Below, one piece after another: positions 52,837-62,092 of a DNA stretch of 64,000 bases. Both the position numbers and the translations under genes were made by a program. How positions within the stretch are numbered: position 1 is the stretch's first letter; each line of letters opens with the position of its first letter. The stretch is from NCBI GenBank assembly GCA_044070495.1, contig JBIPSI010000003.1, forward strand, positions 160,001 to 224,000, in the 5' to 3' direction. The notes under the pieces are model-generated. The model had not been told where the DNA came from and searched no databases. It saw only the letters and a program-made list of their open reading frames with translations. Source of the DNA: Spirulina sp. (GTDB lineage: Bacteria; Cyanobacteriota; Cyanobacteriia; Phormidesmidales; Phormidesmidaceae).

Positions 52837-53409
52837 ATGTCTGTTGTCGTAAAACCCATGACCCTAAAGGACTACCTCGCCTATGACGACGGCACCGACA
52901 CCCGCTACGAACTGGTGAATGGAGAACTCGTCGTAAAGCCAGTAGGAAGTGACCTGGATCATCGAATTGCCTCGTTTTTGTTCGCCACATTTTTGCACCT
53001 AGGCATTCCCTACTATCGGATAAGCATCGGCACCCAAATTGCCGTTAGTGGAGCCAGGGCCACCGCCCGCGAGCCGGATTTGGTGGTGCTCTCAGAAGCC
53101 GCCGCCGAAGCGCTAGAGGGGACCAGCAGCGACCTACTCACCTACGACATGCCGCCGCCGTTGCTGGTGGTGGAAGTGGTCAGCCCTGGCCAAGGCGACC
53201 GGGATTATTGCCACAAACGCAGCGAATATGCCGCTCGTTGTATTCCTGAGTATTGGATCGTAGACCCCACCGCCCAAAAAGTGACCGTGTTGGAATGGGT
53301 GGACGGCCTGTATGAAGAGCGCGTTTACGTCGGGGAGGCGGTGATTCAATCCCCGCAGTTGCCTGAATTGAATCTGGTAGCCACAACGGTTTTGGCCGCA
53401 GGGCGATGA
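52837..53409 (+). CDS. Uma2-family (DUF820) protein
   Basis: YELVNG, PD, VVEVVSP and RDY..KRSEYA..IPEYWIVDP motifs. Confidence 0.9.
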   Translation: MSVVVKPMTLKDYLAYDDGTDTRYELVNGELVVKPVGSDLDHRIASFLFATFLHLGIPYYRISIGTQIAVSGARATAREPDLVVLSEAAAEALEGTSSDLLTYDMPPPLLVVEVVSPGQGDRDYCHKRSEYAARCIPEYWIVDPTAQKVTVLEWVDGLYEERVYVGEAVIQSPQLPELNLVATTVLAAGR

Positions 53410-53506
53410 AGCTGAATGATTCTAGTGATGGGGTGGTCTGAATTCAGCGTGATGAATCGACTAATCAACATGGCATGATCGATTAATCAACCCAGGATTT
53501 CCTCCC

Positions 53507-54070
53507 ATGACCACGGTGCTTAATCTTGATGTTTTGACCCAAGGGTTAACCAGGGAGCAATTTGTCCGTCTGTGCGACAGTAATCCAGACCTGCGACTAG
53601 AGCGTTCTCCCCAAGGCGAGTTGGTGATTATGAGTCCAGTCGGTGGCGAAAGTGGGAACCGCGAGGCGACGCTGATTACCAAGGTCGGCCTTTGGAACGA
53701 GCAAGCGCAGTTGGGCCTTGTGTTTAGTTCATCCACTGTCTTCAGCTTGCCCCAGGGGGGAGATCGATCCCCTGATGTGGCCTGGGTGGCGAAATCTCGC
53801 TGGTTGGCCCTCAGCCCCGCCGACCGGGAAGCCTTTCCGCCCCTGTGCCCCGATTTTGTGATTGAGTTGCGTTCCCGCAGCGACCGTCTTCCGCCGCTAC
53901 AAGCCAAGATGGAGGAATATCTGGCCAGCGGATTGCGTCTGGGTTGGCTGATTAACCCTCAAGATCAGCAGGTTGAAATTTATCGCCCCCACCAATTACC
54001 CCAGGTGTGTGCTTTGCCCGCTTGGCTCTCTGGGGAAGAGGTGCTGCCCGGTTTTGAGTTGGCACTTTAA
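53507..54070 (+). CDS. Uma2-family (DUF820) protein
   Basis: F..LC..NPDL.LE, RSPD, PDFVIELRS, KM.EY and LGWLI.P motifs. Confidence 0.92.
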   Translation: MTTVLNLDVLTQGLTREQFVRLCDSNPDLRLERSPQGELVIMSPVGGESGNREATLITKVGLWNEQAQLGLVFSSSTVFSLPQGGDRSPDVAWVAKSRWLALSPADREAFPPLCPDFVIELRSRSDRLPPLQAKMEEYLASGLRLGWLINPQDQQVEIYRPHQLPQVCALPAWLSGEEVLPGFELAL

Positions 54071-54080
54071 CGTGGACGCT

Positions 54081-54872
54081 TTAACCGTGATGGGGATCTT
54101 GGTGGGGGATGAGGGAGTGGGGTTTTTCTAGGCCGTGTTTTTCCATCAGGGCTTGGTCGCCCATCACCACCGTAGGACAGCCATCGGCGATGATGCGGCC
54201 TTCGTCGATCAGCAGCACCCGGTCGCAAACTTCTAAAACAAATTCCAAATCGTGGGAGGAGATCAGCAGGGTTTCGGTGGAGTTTTTGAGGAAGCGGATC
54301 AGGCGTCGGCGGGTGCGGAGATCGAGGCTGGCGGTGGGTTCGTCGCAGAGGAGAATTTTGGGGGTCATGGCCAGCAGTCCGGCGATGGCGACCATTTGTT
54401 TTTCGCCGCCAGAGAGGTGATGGGGCAGGCGGTGCAGCAGGGGAGTGATGCCCGTCATTTCGGCGGCCTGGGAGACGCGGGCTTCCACTTCAGCGGGATC
54501 TAAACCCATGTTCTGGGGGCCAAAGGCGATGTCGTCGCGCACCGAGGCAGAAAAGAGCTGATCGTCGGGGTCTTGGAATAACAGTCCCACCTCTGGCCGA
54601 AACTGTCCCGGTTTCAGGGGTTCGCCAAACAGGGCAATGTCCCCTGCCGTGGGAGTCAGCACGCCGCAGAGCAGCATGAACAGGGTAGTTTTGCCGCAGC
54701 CATTGTGGCCAATGATGCCCAGCCGTTCCCCTTCGTGCACCGTCAGGTCGATGCCGCACAGCACGTCGGGCTGGTCGGGGTAGGAAAAGGAAAGCCCTTG
54801 GGTGGTAATAGCCACGGGCCGCTGGTCGGGGCTGGTCATTTGGTTGAGGCTGGTGGAAACGGAATCCATCAT
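54081..54872 (-). CDS. cbiO: ECF transporter ATPase (CbiO/NikO)
   Basis: GHNGCGKT, FQDPDDQLF, LSGGEK, DEPT and SHD motifs; His-rich tail. Confidence 0.9.
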   Translation of the reverse strand: MMDSVSTSLNQMTSPDQRPVAITTQGLSFSYPDQPDVLCGIDLTVHEGERLGIIGHNGCGKTTLFMLLCGVLTPTAGDIALFGEPLKPGQFRPEVGLLFQDPDDQLFSASVRDDIAFGPQNMGLDPAEVEARVSQAAEMTGITPLLHRLPHHLSGGEKQMVAIAGLLAMTPKILLCDEPTASLDLRTRRRLIRFLKNSTETLLISSHDLEFVLEVCDRVLLIDEGRIIADGCPTVVMGDQALMEKHGLEKPHSLIPHQDPHHG

Positions 54873-55666
54873 GGGCGCAAGAGTCCTTCTGCAATCACAA
54901 TCCCCGCCGCCGCCAACAGGACGACCCCTGTCAGCAGCCAGCTTAGGGTGAGGTCTGGGGTGGGGGTTCCGGGCGTCACATTGGAGACCACCCCGTAGCC
55001 ATAGCCCCGTAGCCGCATGGCCTTGTAGACCCGTTCCGACTGTTCGTAGCTGCGAATTAGTAAGTTTCCCGCCAGCATGGCCCGCTGCTGCATGGCCTGC
55101 CCGTTGATGCGAAACCAGCGCTGCTTGGCCTGACCAAAGCCGCGCAGCCGCATGGCCTGTTGCATGGTGGCCAGGGTGTCGGCAATTTCGTAGAGATAGC
55201 GGTAGGCGAGGAGGGTCATATCCGCCAAGATGACGGGCAACCCTAGGCGACGCATGGTGTTTAGAATCGTTAAAAACGGCGTAGTGCCCAGCAAAATGAA
55301 ACCGAGGGTCAAAATCGACAGAAATCGCCCCAAAATCAACCCTGTGGCCTGTAAACCCTCTTGACGCAAAGTCAACCAACCCCACTGGGCCAGCACCGTT
55401 TCGCCAACGGTCAGCGGCAACAGCAGCACCACGGCGAGGATGAACAAGCCGGGATAGCTCAGCCGTTGTCGCAAAAACGAAAAGGGTAATTCTGAGAGGC
55501 CGTAGAGCAGCAGGGCCAAGCCCAGCATCCAGGGCACTAGGGCCAACTGGCGCACCGTGGCAAAGGCAAACATTAGGGCCAGCAAACTCACCAGCTTCAG
55601 CCGGGGTGCCCAGCGATGAATCACCGACTCGCGGTGGATGTAGGTTTCAGACCGTAAAGCGCCCAT
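54869..55666 (-). CDS. cbiQ: ECF transporter T component (CbiQ/NikQ)
   Basis: S.IH....R.KL start, RY, two RLRG motifs and SERVY.AM. Confidence 0.9.
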   Translation of the reverse strand: MGALRSETYIHRESVIHRWAPRLKLVSLLALMFAFATVRQLALVPWMLGLALLLYGLSELPFSFLRQRLSYPGLFILAVVLLLPLTVGETVLAQWGWLTLRQEGLQATGLILGRFLSILTLGFILLGTTPFLTILNTMRRLGLPVILADMTLLAYRYLYEIADTLATMQQAMRLRGFGQAKQRWFRINGQAMQQRAMLAGNLLIRSYEQSERVYKAMRLRGYGYGVVSNVTPGTPTPDLTLSWLLTGVVLLAAAGIVIAEGLLRP

Positions 55667-55672
55667 TCTGGC

Positions 55673-56317
55673 CTAGCCCTCCAGCAATTCGGGTTTTACC
55701 CGCTGCAAGAAAACCACCAGCATGGCGGTGAAGATCCCTTCCACAACCATCAAGGGAATGTGGGCGATGGACAGGGTGAGAATGGCGGCTCGTTCGGCGT
55801 TGGCATCCACATCGGCGGGGATGTTGAGAATCACCAGGGCCAGAAAAATCAAGGCGGCGATGCCTAAACCCAAGGCACCCCCTAAAAAGGCAAAGGTTCC
55901 GGTGCGTACCGACGAGGGTAGGACTTTACCGATGGTATTGCGGCCCTGAAAAATGTGGTAAGCCAGCAGGGCCGGAATGCCCATCATGGCTGCATTGACG
56001 CCCAGCGTAGTCAACCCACCGTGGCCGATCACCAACGCCTGGAAAAACAGGCCAATCAGAATCGCAGGGAAAGCAAAGTAGCCCAGCACTACCCCCAGCA
56101 GGCCGTTCAAAATCAGATGTACACTGGTGGGCGGCACGGGAATATAGATCGACGAGGCCACAAAAAATGCCGCCGTCAGCAACGAAGCCTTGGGAATTTC
56201 CGCCGTGGGGTCGGGTTTGCGGTTAATCTGGCGCAGGGAATACCAGGTGGCTAACCCCGTGATGGCATAGCCCGCCGCGCACACCTGGGCCGAAACAATA
56301 CCGTCGGGAATATGCAC
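55673..56317 (-). CDS. cbiM: ECF Co/Ni S component (CbiM/NikM)
   Basis: MHIPDG N-terminus, SVHL, QA...HGG.TTLG.N and EG.FT motifs. Confidence 0.93.
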   Translation of the reverse strand: MHIPDGIVSAQVCAAGYAITGLATWYSLRQINRKPDPTAEIPKASLLTAAFFVASSIYIPVPPTSVHLILNGLLGVVLGYFAFPAILIGLFFQALVIGHGGLTTLGVNAAMMGIPALLAYHIFQGRNTIGKVLPSSVRTGTFAFLGGALGLGIAALIFLALVILNIPADVDANAERAAILTLSIAHIPLMVVEGIFTAMLVVFLQRVKPELLEG

Positions 56318-56856
56318 TAGCGCTTACCCCTCGCAAAAAACAGGGCGGTGCCCACAAAGCCCCACACCACCGCCGCCATGCTCACCCACAGGGGTACCCC
56401 AGCGGTACGAGGTTCGCCAGCATTCGCCCGCCCAGCAGAAGGATTCGTGTCCCCAGGTACCCCAGCGTTCCCGGTGGTGCCTTCGGGGGTACCCGTTGCC
56501 GAGTCTCCCGTCACCGCATCTGCCGCGACCGGGTTCCCCTCAACCGGAATCGCCAACACATCGCCATGGCCCGCCTGACGCACCATCACCTCCCAGTTGC
56601 CGGGGCGGCTGGGGTCGGGGGTAAAGACAAAGCGCCCTTCGGAATCGGTGGTGCCCGTTTGCCAGGGTTCGCTGGGGTTGTCGGGGGCGTAGACATTCAC
56701 CTGGGCGGCACTCATCGGTTCTCCAGAATCGTAACGGGCCTGGATTTCGATGCCGTTGATGGGTTGATACTCAATTTTGGCTCCGTGGGCAAAGGCTGGG
56801 GCCACCGTCACGAGGCCACCCCACCCTGCTAACAGTAAAACCACCGGATAGTTCAT
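56317..56856 (-). CDS. Exported, membrane-anchored carboxypeptidase-regulatory-like domain protein (CbiL/NikL-like accessory)
   Basis: Signal peptide AFA|HG, YDSGEPM..A.V.VYAP..P..PW.TG.TD..GRF.F.PD motif, AGHG and a C-terminal TM helix. Confidence 0.75.
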   Translation of the reverse strand: MNYPVVLLLAGWGGLVTVAPAFAHGAKIEYQPINGIEIQARYDSGEPMSAAQVNVYAPDNPSEPWQTGTTDSEGRFVFTPDPSRPGNWEVMVRQAGHGDVLAIPVEGNPVAADAVTGDSATGTPEGTTGNAGVPGDTNPSAGRANAGEPRTAGVPLWVSMAAVVWGFVGTALFFARGKR

Positions 56857-57716
56857 GAAGCCGTTAACTGAATTTCTTCACAATGGCCCTCGCCCACATG
56901 CCCCAGGCTGGGCAGAATGTTGAGTAATGTAGCGTAATCCTCTGGAGAAAGTCCTGATGCGAGGGCGGCACTGTCCACATTCACCGCGCCATTTTCTGCC
57001 AGGGCCGCCAGGGGATCAAAACCCAGCGCCCCGGTGTTGATGTCGTCATCGGCGGGGGCATTGCCATCGCCAAACAGGTGATCAAAGTGGAAGGTGGCTT
57101 CTAGATCCGCCGTGCCGTTGGGGTCGAGGATGCCCTTGCGCTCATCGCCGACAAAATCGCCACAGGTGAAGGCCAGCGCCTCAGACATCCGCAGGGTGAA
57201 GGGCAGGGTTTGGCCGTCCTTAGTAGCCGTGCCTTGCAGCCAAAGGGAATAGCCCGCTGAGGGGCCATCGGTGGCGGGAGGCATCGTCCAGGCCAGGGCA
57301 TTGAACCGTCCCGCTGGAGCCGCCAGTTCGCTGATTAGGATAGGTTCAGCGCTGTCGTCGCCCTCGGCCAAGTCCAGTACCTTGGGGTTGTCTACTACCA
57401 CTTGGGCCTTGGCCTGGAGTTCGCCTCCAGCTTCCGGGTTAAAGGGCGGATCGGTTTGGGAGGCGGTGATTTCTGCCAGGGAAACATACACATGGTCAAA
57501 GGTAATCTCCCAGCCATCACGACTGGTGAAACCCTGACGGACAAAGTCTTCGCCATTGGCGCGAATGACCAGGGTACCCGTTTCAGCGGCATCGCCAGCG
57601 GTTGGGGATGGTGTACTCGTGTCTTCCGTCGTGGTAGAAGCGCCACCACAGGCTTGTAGGGCCACCAGCGTGGCGAGGGCAAAGCCGCTGGTGGCAAGGT
57701 TGAGGAAATGGGGCAT
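56853..57716 (-). CDS. DUF4382-like lipoprotein
   Basis: Lipobox LQAC; ANGEDFVRQGF, CGDFVGDERKG, TFHFDH.FGD and GHVGEGHC motifs. Confidence 0.75.
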   Translation of the reverse strand: MPHFLNLATSGFALATLVALQACGGASTTTEDTSTPSPTAGDAAETGTLVIRANGEDFVRQGFTSRDGWEITFDHVYVSLAEITASQTDPPFNPEAGGELQAKAQVVVDNPKVLDLAEGDDSAEPILISELAAPAGRFNALAWTMPPATDGPSAGYSLWLQGTATKDGQTLPFTLRMSEALAFTCGDFVGDERKGILDPNGTADLEATFHFDHLFGDGNAPADDDINTGALGFDPLAALAENGAVNVDSAALASGLSPEDYATLLNILPSLGHVGEGHCEEIQLTAS

Positions 57717-58009
57717 GGGTGTCCAGTAAATCAGCAGGAGGGAGGCCGTCCAACCCATGAAGGGAAATAGAATGACGGTCGGATGATCGGCAACCTCCTG
57801 TTTACTTAACCCTGCCCACGCTAAAACTTCAATGCCCTGGGGGGGCACTGGGGCCAGTATTTTAGCGGCCAACCCTAGGCAAAATCAGGATTTAACCCCT
57901 ATCGTTCTGAAAATCAATGATCATAATAGGAAGCGTTAACGCTATACTCTCGGCGGTTTGCCTATGTAGGTAATTGGCCCAAAGTAGGCTATCGAGGAAA
58001 AGGCTATCT

Positions 58010-58618
58010 ATGTCAAGCCAGCCCATGTTTACCATGCCCCAAATCATTACGGTTGAGGGCAGCGCCGCCCGACCCCTTGGGCCAAGGTGGGGTCGCCGTG
58101 TTGGCCTGGGCCTGCTGTTGAGCCTGCTGCTCGCGAGTTGTCGCACCGTAAACACTCCCGATCAAGCCACGCCGCCGCCGCCCGAAGCCCCGCCCCCCAC
58201 CGAGCCAGCCCCCACGGTGGATCCACCTCCAACCCCCGCCCCCCAGGAATCCGTCAGCCAATCCCCCAATACCGCGCCCCCCGTCCAGAGCGATCCGCTT
58301 CCCGATGCCCTGGTTAAACAGTGGGAACCGATGAGCAACGTGCTGCTCGCCTTTGGCCCCATGACTATCACCAGCGGCGAAATTACCTGGGGCAGCGGCC
58401 AAACCACCCCCTATACCCTCATCAGCACCGAGGGCGGCTTTTTGCTGAAACTAGAGGCCAACCCCAGCTTCTACGACATCAACCACCCCTACGTGAAGCT
58501 GATCCCCAACACCGACGAATCGGGGGCCATCACCACCGTAGAGGTGGCCTTCTACGAAGGCGAAGCCCAGGCCCAGCGGGATGAATACATGATGTACGGC
58601 ACCTATTTTGTGAACTGA
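58010..58618 (+). CDS. Hypothetical Pro-rich lipoprotein
   Basis: LLASC lipobox, Pro-rich linker and a globular C-terminal domain; start uncertain. Confidence 0.65.
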   Translation: MSSQPMFTMPQIITVEGSAARPLGPRWGRRVGLGLLLSLLLASCRTVNTPDQATPPPPEAPPPTEPAPTVDPPPTPAPQESVSQSPNTAPPVQSDPLPDALVKQWEPMSNVLLAFGPMTITSGEITWGSGQTTPYTLISTEGGFLLKLEANPSFYDINHPYVKLIPNTDESGAITTVEVAFYEGEAQAQRDEYMMYGTYFVN

Positions 58619-59316
58619 TGGGGCTGATAACTTGCCATCACGCGCCCTGGGCGGCGGCGCTGTTGGTAATAGGTGTGGCTCACGGGGTCAGAGAGATCGG
58701 TGAGGGAATCGAGGCCGATGCCGTTGCGGCCTTGATCTTTGCCGGAACTGTGGATATACCGCCCCTCGCCCAGGTAGAGGGCCACATGGGTGGTGCGTTC
58801 GGGGGTGCCAAAGAAAATCAGATCGCCCGGTTCTAGATCATCCCAGCCGATAGCTTGGGTGAAGGCTTCCTGCTGGTAGGAGTCGCGGGGAAGGCGGATG
58901 CCCGCCGAGGCAAAGGCGGTTTGCACTAGACCAGAGCAATCGAAATTTGGCCCCACGGTGCCCCCCCACAGATACACATTGGGCTGGGTCATGGCAGATT
59001 CGGCAAAGGCGATCACCTGGGGCAAGCGCTCAACAATGGCGGCCCGATCTAGCGACACGGGGGCATAGGTCGTGGGGGCTGGCGCGAGGGCATTCATCTG
59101 CCGCAGGCCAATCCAGCCGGGATAGTCATCGTCGCAAAGCTGCACCGGCATCGCCTGGGTCGAGGACTCAGACTGAGGCGACACGCGCAGCCGCAGGGGC
59201 CGACCCGCCGCCGCCTGGGTGACTAAATCCGTTAGGTCTGGGGTTTTGTAGAGGTTGAGGGTGCGGCGACAAACGTACTCTGCCGCCGTTAGGGCGAGAT
59301 CTGGGGGCTGCTGCAA
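58603..59316 (-). CDS. NlpC/P60 (C40) cell-wall peptidase with SH3-like N-domain
   Basis: YLWGG, FDCSG, LPRD, GDLIFF, HVALY and IHS motifs. Confidence 0.92.
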   Translation of the reverse strand: MQQPPDLALTAAEYVCRRTLNLYKTPDLTDLVTQAAAGRPLRLRVSPQSESSTQAMPVQLCDDDYPGWIGLRQMNALAPAPTTYAPVSLDRAAIVERLPQVIAFAESAMTQPNVYLWGGTVGPNFDCSGLVQTAFASAGIRLPRDSYQQEAFTQAIGWDDLEPGDLIFFGTPERTTHVALYLGEGRYIHSSGKDQGRNGIGLDSLTDLSDPVSHTYYQQRRRPGRVMASYQPHQFTK

Positions 59317-59320
59317 GGGC

Positions 59321-60790
59321 CTAGGTTCCTTTTTCGCCAGTATTGCGGATATTCACAATATTTTTGAGCACGTTAAACCAGAAGGTAGACCCCATGGAAA
59401 TGGCAAAGCCGCTCACCAGCCAGCCCAGGAAGCGCCGCTGGATCACAGGAATAGGCCAGCTATCTTCCGCCTCACGCTGCTGCTGCATCACGACATCGGT
59501 ATAGCCAAGGGGAAAGGGAATTTCGGAGAGCGCCTTGTCCACCGCCTCCTGCACCTGGGTTAAGTCTTGGCTCAAATCCCCAGAAGACTCGGAGACCAGT
59601 TGATCCGCCACCTGGGTCACAGAATTCCGCAGCACCGGATCCTTGGCCAGGCGACTGGCGATGTGGAAGGAGTCGGCATTGATGGAGATGGCGGTGGCAA
59701 TGCCAATCATCAGCGCCACGGCCTTGGCATTGCGCCGATAAACTCCGGTGGCCCGCTCCATACCTCGGTTGTACCAGGTTTCAATCTCACGGCCAAATTG
59801 CTCTACCTGGCTTTGGGCGGTATTGGCCGTCAATTCGGCCTTGCGAGCCAGTACCGCCAAACTGGCCTTTAGCGATGGCGGAATAGTCGCCTCGGCCACC
59901 TGCTCAATCAACGCTTGGGCGATGGGGTTTTGCCCCTCTGCCAGCCGCCGCAGTTCACCGTAGGTGGTGCTATTGGGATCAAAGACATCGAGTAAATTAG
60001 CGACGCTGGGCCGCAGTTTGCCCAGCAGGGCGGCACGCTCAGCGGGGGTGTTGGCTAGACCTCGTTTGATATAGTCCAACCGCCGCATAAAGGTCTCGGT
60101 GAGGGGATGGTTATCGGGCAAAATATCCTGAGCCATGAGCGCAAAGGCCGACAGCCGATCCACGGTCCGATCTACACTTTCTGGTAGTGACACCGCACCG
60201 CTGCGAAAGTCCGCCAGAATGTCTTGGACGGCTTGCTCAAATTGCTTGAGTTCGGCATTGAGCAAAAACTCGTTGCCCGTGCTGGCTTTGAGATCACTCA
60301 AAATATTGCTGACCGGTAGAATGACCCGATCCGCCGCAAAGGTCGCTAAACGTTCATTCGCTAAGATCTGCCAGAGTTGCCCTAGCTCCATCCGCTCCAA
60401 TAAGCTGTTGGCAAAAGCCTCGGAGGGAATATAGGACGGGCCGCTGGTTTTGCCAGTTCCAAAGACGTTACGAGTTCCGGTTAGGGTGCGATAAATTCGA
60501 CCAATTAGATGAGCAGTACTACGGAAAAATCCAGCAATACGCCCCTTGGCTTCTTGGTTTAAACTGCGAATCAGGGGGCTGTCGTAGAGGGCATCGGCAA
60601 GGGCCTGGGCCGCTGCATCCTTCTCCCGGTCATTACCCGATAGCAAGACTTCAATGGATCGCTTTAGATGCTCGGCTCGCCACTGCAACAGGGTGCTAAT
60701 AATCTCCTGAAGCTCGCTGGCTAAAAGACTGAGCACAAAGAAGATAAAAACTAGACCCAGTGCAATGTCTAAGATGATCGGAAAATTCAT
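59321..60790 (-). CDS. Hypothetical membrane protein (N- and C-terminal TMs, helical middle)
   Basis: LDIALGL.F.F..LSL.AS..QE, PSYIP, W....MER..G.Y.R and GWL...A.S.G..FWF motifs. Confidence 0.8.
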   Translation of the reverse strand: MNFPIILDIALGLVFIFFVLSLLASELQEIISTLLQWRAEHLKRSIEVLLSGNDREKDAAAQALADALYDSPLIRSLNQEAKGRIAGFFRSTAHLIGRIYRTLTGTRNVFGTGKTSGPSYIPSEAFANSLLERMELGQLWQILANERLATFAADRVILPVSNILSDLKASTGNEFLLNAELKQFEQAVQDILADFRSGAVSLPESVDRTVDRLSAFALMAQDILPDNHPLTETFMRRLDYIKRGLANTPAERAALLGKLRPSVANLLDVFDPNSTTYGELRRLAEGQNPIAQALIEQVAEATIPPSLKASLAVLARKAELTANTAQSQVEQFGREIETWYNRGMERATGVYRRNAKAVALMIGIATAISINADSFHIASRLAKDPVLRNSVTQVADQLVSESSGDLSQDLTQVQEAVDKALSEIPFPLGYTDVVMQQQREAEDSWPIPVIQRRFLGWLVSGFAISMGSTFWFNVLKNIVNIRNTGEKGT

Positions 60791-60970
60791 ACCTTGCCCC
60801 TGTAAATCTTTTGGCTACCGCTCCATGCTGGGAGAGGTACCCCAGCCTAAATCCCTCTGCATGGGGGATTTGGGCTGGAGAATTAGCCCTACCTTACCGG
60901 AGCATTGCTCTACAAATAGGGCGTCATCCTTGGAGGTGCTGCGCTAGCCGCATGGACGATGGATACCGCC

Positions 60971-61360
60971 TTAGGACTCTTCGTCTTCAGCGCCCACTTG
61001 CTTGAGTTTGATATGCTTGCGACCTAAGGTAATTTCAAACTCATCGCCGGGGTTGAGTCCCATTTGCTTAGTGTAGGCCGCTCCGATTAGCAGGTTCCCA
61101 TTCGCCTGGACACTGATGCGATAGCTAGCGCTGCGCCCACCCCGCCCACTGCCGTTTTGGGGGCTGTCAAATTGAATGCCCTGGGCTTCGATCAGGGCAT
61201 TCATAAACTTCATCATGTTGACGCGGGGTTTTCCCGATTTTGTCAAACTATAGTAGCCGCAGGCCTTGGCTTTCTCCTCGCGGCTGTAGCTATCGAGTTC
61301 TTTAACTTTCTCAACAAGGGCCTGCCCAGTGAGCGGTTTTACTTGAGTGTCCTTAGCCAT
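60971..61360 (-). CDS. Cyanobacterial AbrB-like regulator (cyAbrB)
   Basis: LTG..L, A..CGY, GRSASYRISVQANGNLLIG.AYT and PGDEFEI.LGRKHI.L motifs. Confidence 0.95.
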   Translation of the reverse strand: MAKDTQVKPLTGQALVEKVKELDSYSREEKAKACGYYSLTKSGKPRVNMMKFMNALIEAQGIQFDSPQNGSGRGGRSASYRISVQANGNLLIGAAYTKQMGLNPGDEFEITLGRKHIKLKQVGAEDEES

Positions 61361-61678
61361 GAACTTTATTCTCGTTAGCGATGGGTGAATTGTGCTTTTC
61401 AGCTTAGGTGTAGCGTTTCTAAAGTGAGCGAGACCCACGGGCAGGCAGACAGTCCCTAACCCTTAGGCCCTACCTTACAATACAGGGAAATGCTGTAGAT
61501 AATCATCTACGTTATCCTATCCCAATGAACGCAAGCCAAATCATACTACAGCAAAACTTTTTTGGCATTCTTTCTTAACTGGAATCTGTATTATTTTAGC
61601 GACCCTTGATGCCCTCGGTACCCCGTTCCTGAAAGGCCAAAATTCTTCGGCCATCCCCAGACCAAGGGTTAGGCTGAA

Positions 61679-61842
61679 TTGACTGACAAAACAGCCCTAC
61701 CTGGAAACCCCAAGGGACTTTACATCCCTCATCCCCTCCGATCCGCAGTGGTGCGCCAGCCTAGATTATTCTTAGCCCTACATTATCCAAATCCTGTAGG
61801 GGCGCGGTTTCCGCGTCCGGCGTAGGATCTTTTGTCAGTCAA
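61679..61842. mobile_element. MITE-like element with perfect 13-bp IR, carrying a GTAG REP (61796-61818)
   Basis: TTGACTGACAAAA ... TTTTGTCAGTCAA; ends resemble those of the 7.6 kb and 42.7 kb elements. Confidence 0.6.
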
Positions 61843-61920
61843 CCAGCATCACCACAGTCGTGGCGCGTCATGGTTAACGGCTTAGACTTAAGTCGGTAGG
61901 CCATGGAAGACCCTTGGGCC

Positions 61921-61980
61921 GTAGGGAGGAGGTCTCCTCACCCGCATGGCTATCGGGGGTAAGCAAGCCGGATTTAGCCT
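61921..61980 (+). repeat. GTAG REP-like palindrome with extension
   Basis: GTAGGGAGGAGGTCTCCTCACCCGC...GGGGGTAAGCAAGCC, an inverted match to 26480-26538. Confidence 0.65.
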
Positions 61981-62092
61981 CAGTTCTGACCTAGGTGCCA
62001 GTTCTCCCCTACGCCGATGGGGGATTGTCGCCGGATAGTTGCCGAATTACGGCTAGACAGCAGGACTGACGGAACTGAATTAGTCTGTGGTA

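Noticed and set aside
57717..57900. Cobalamin or NiCo riboswitch in the ECF operon leader
   Set aside because: No recognisable B12 box or conserved core by eye; a covariance-model scan would be needed.
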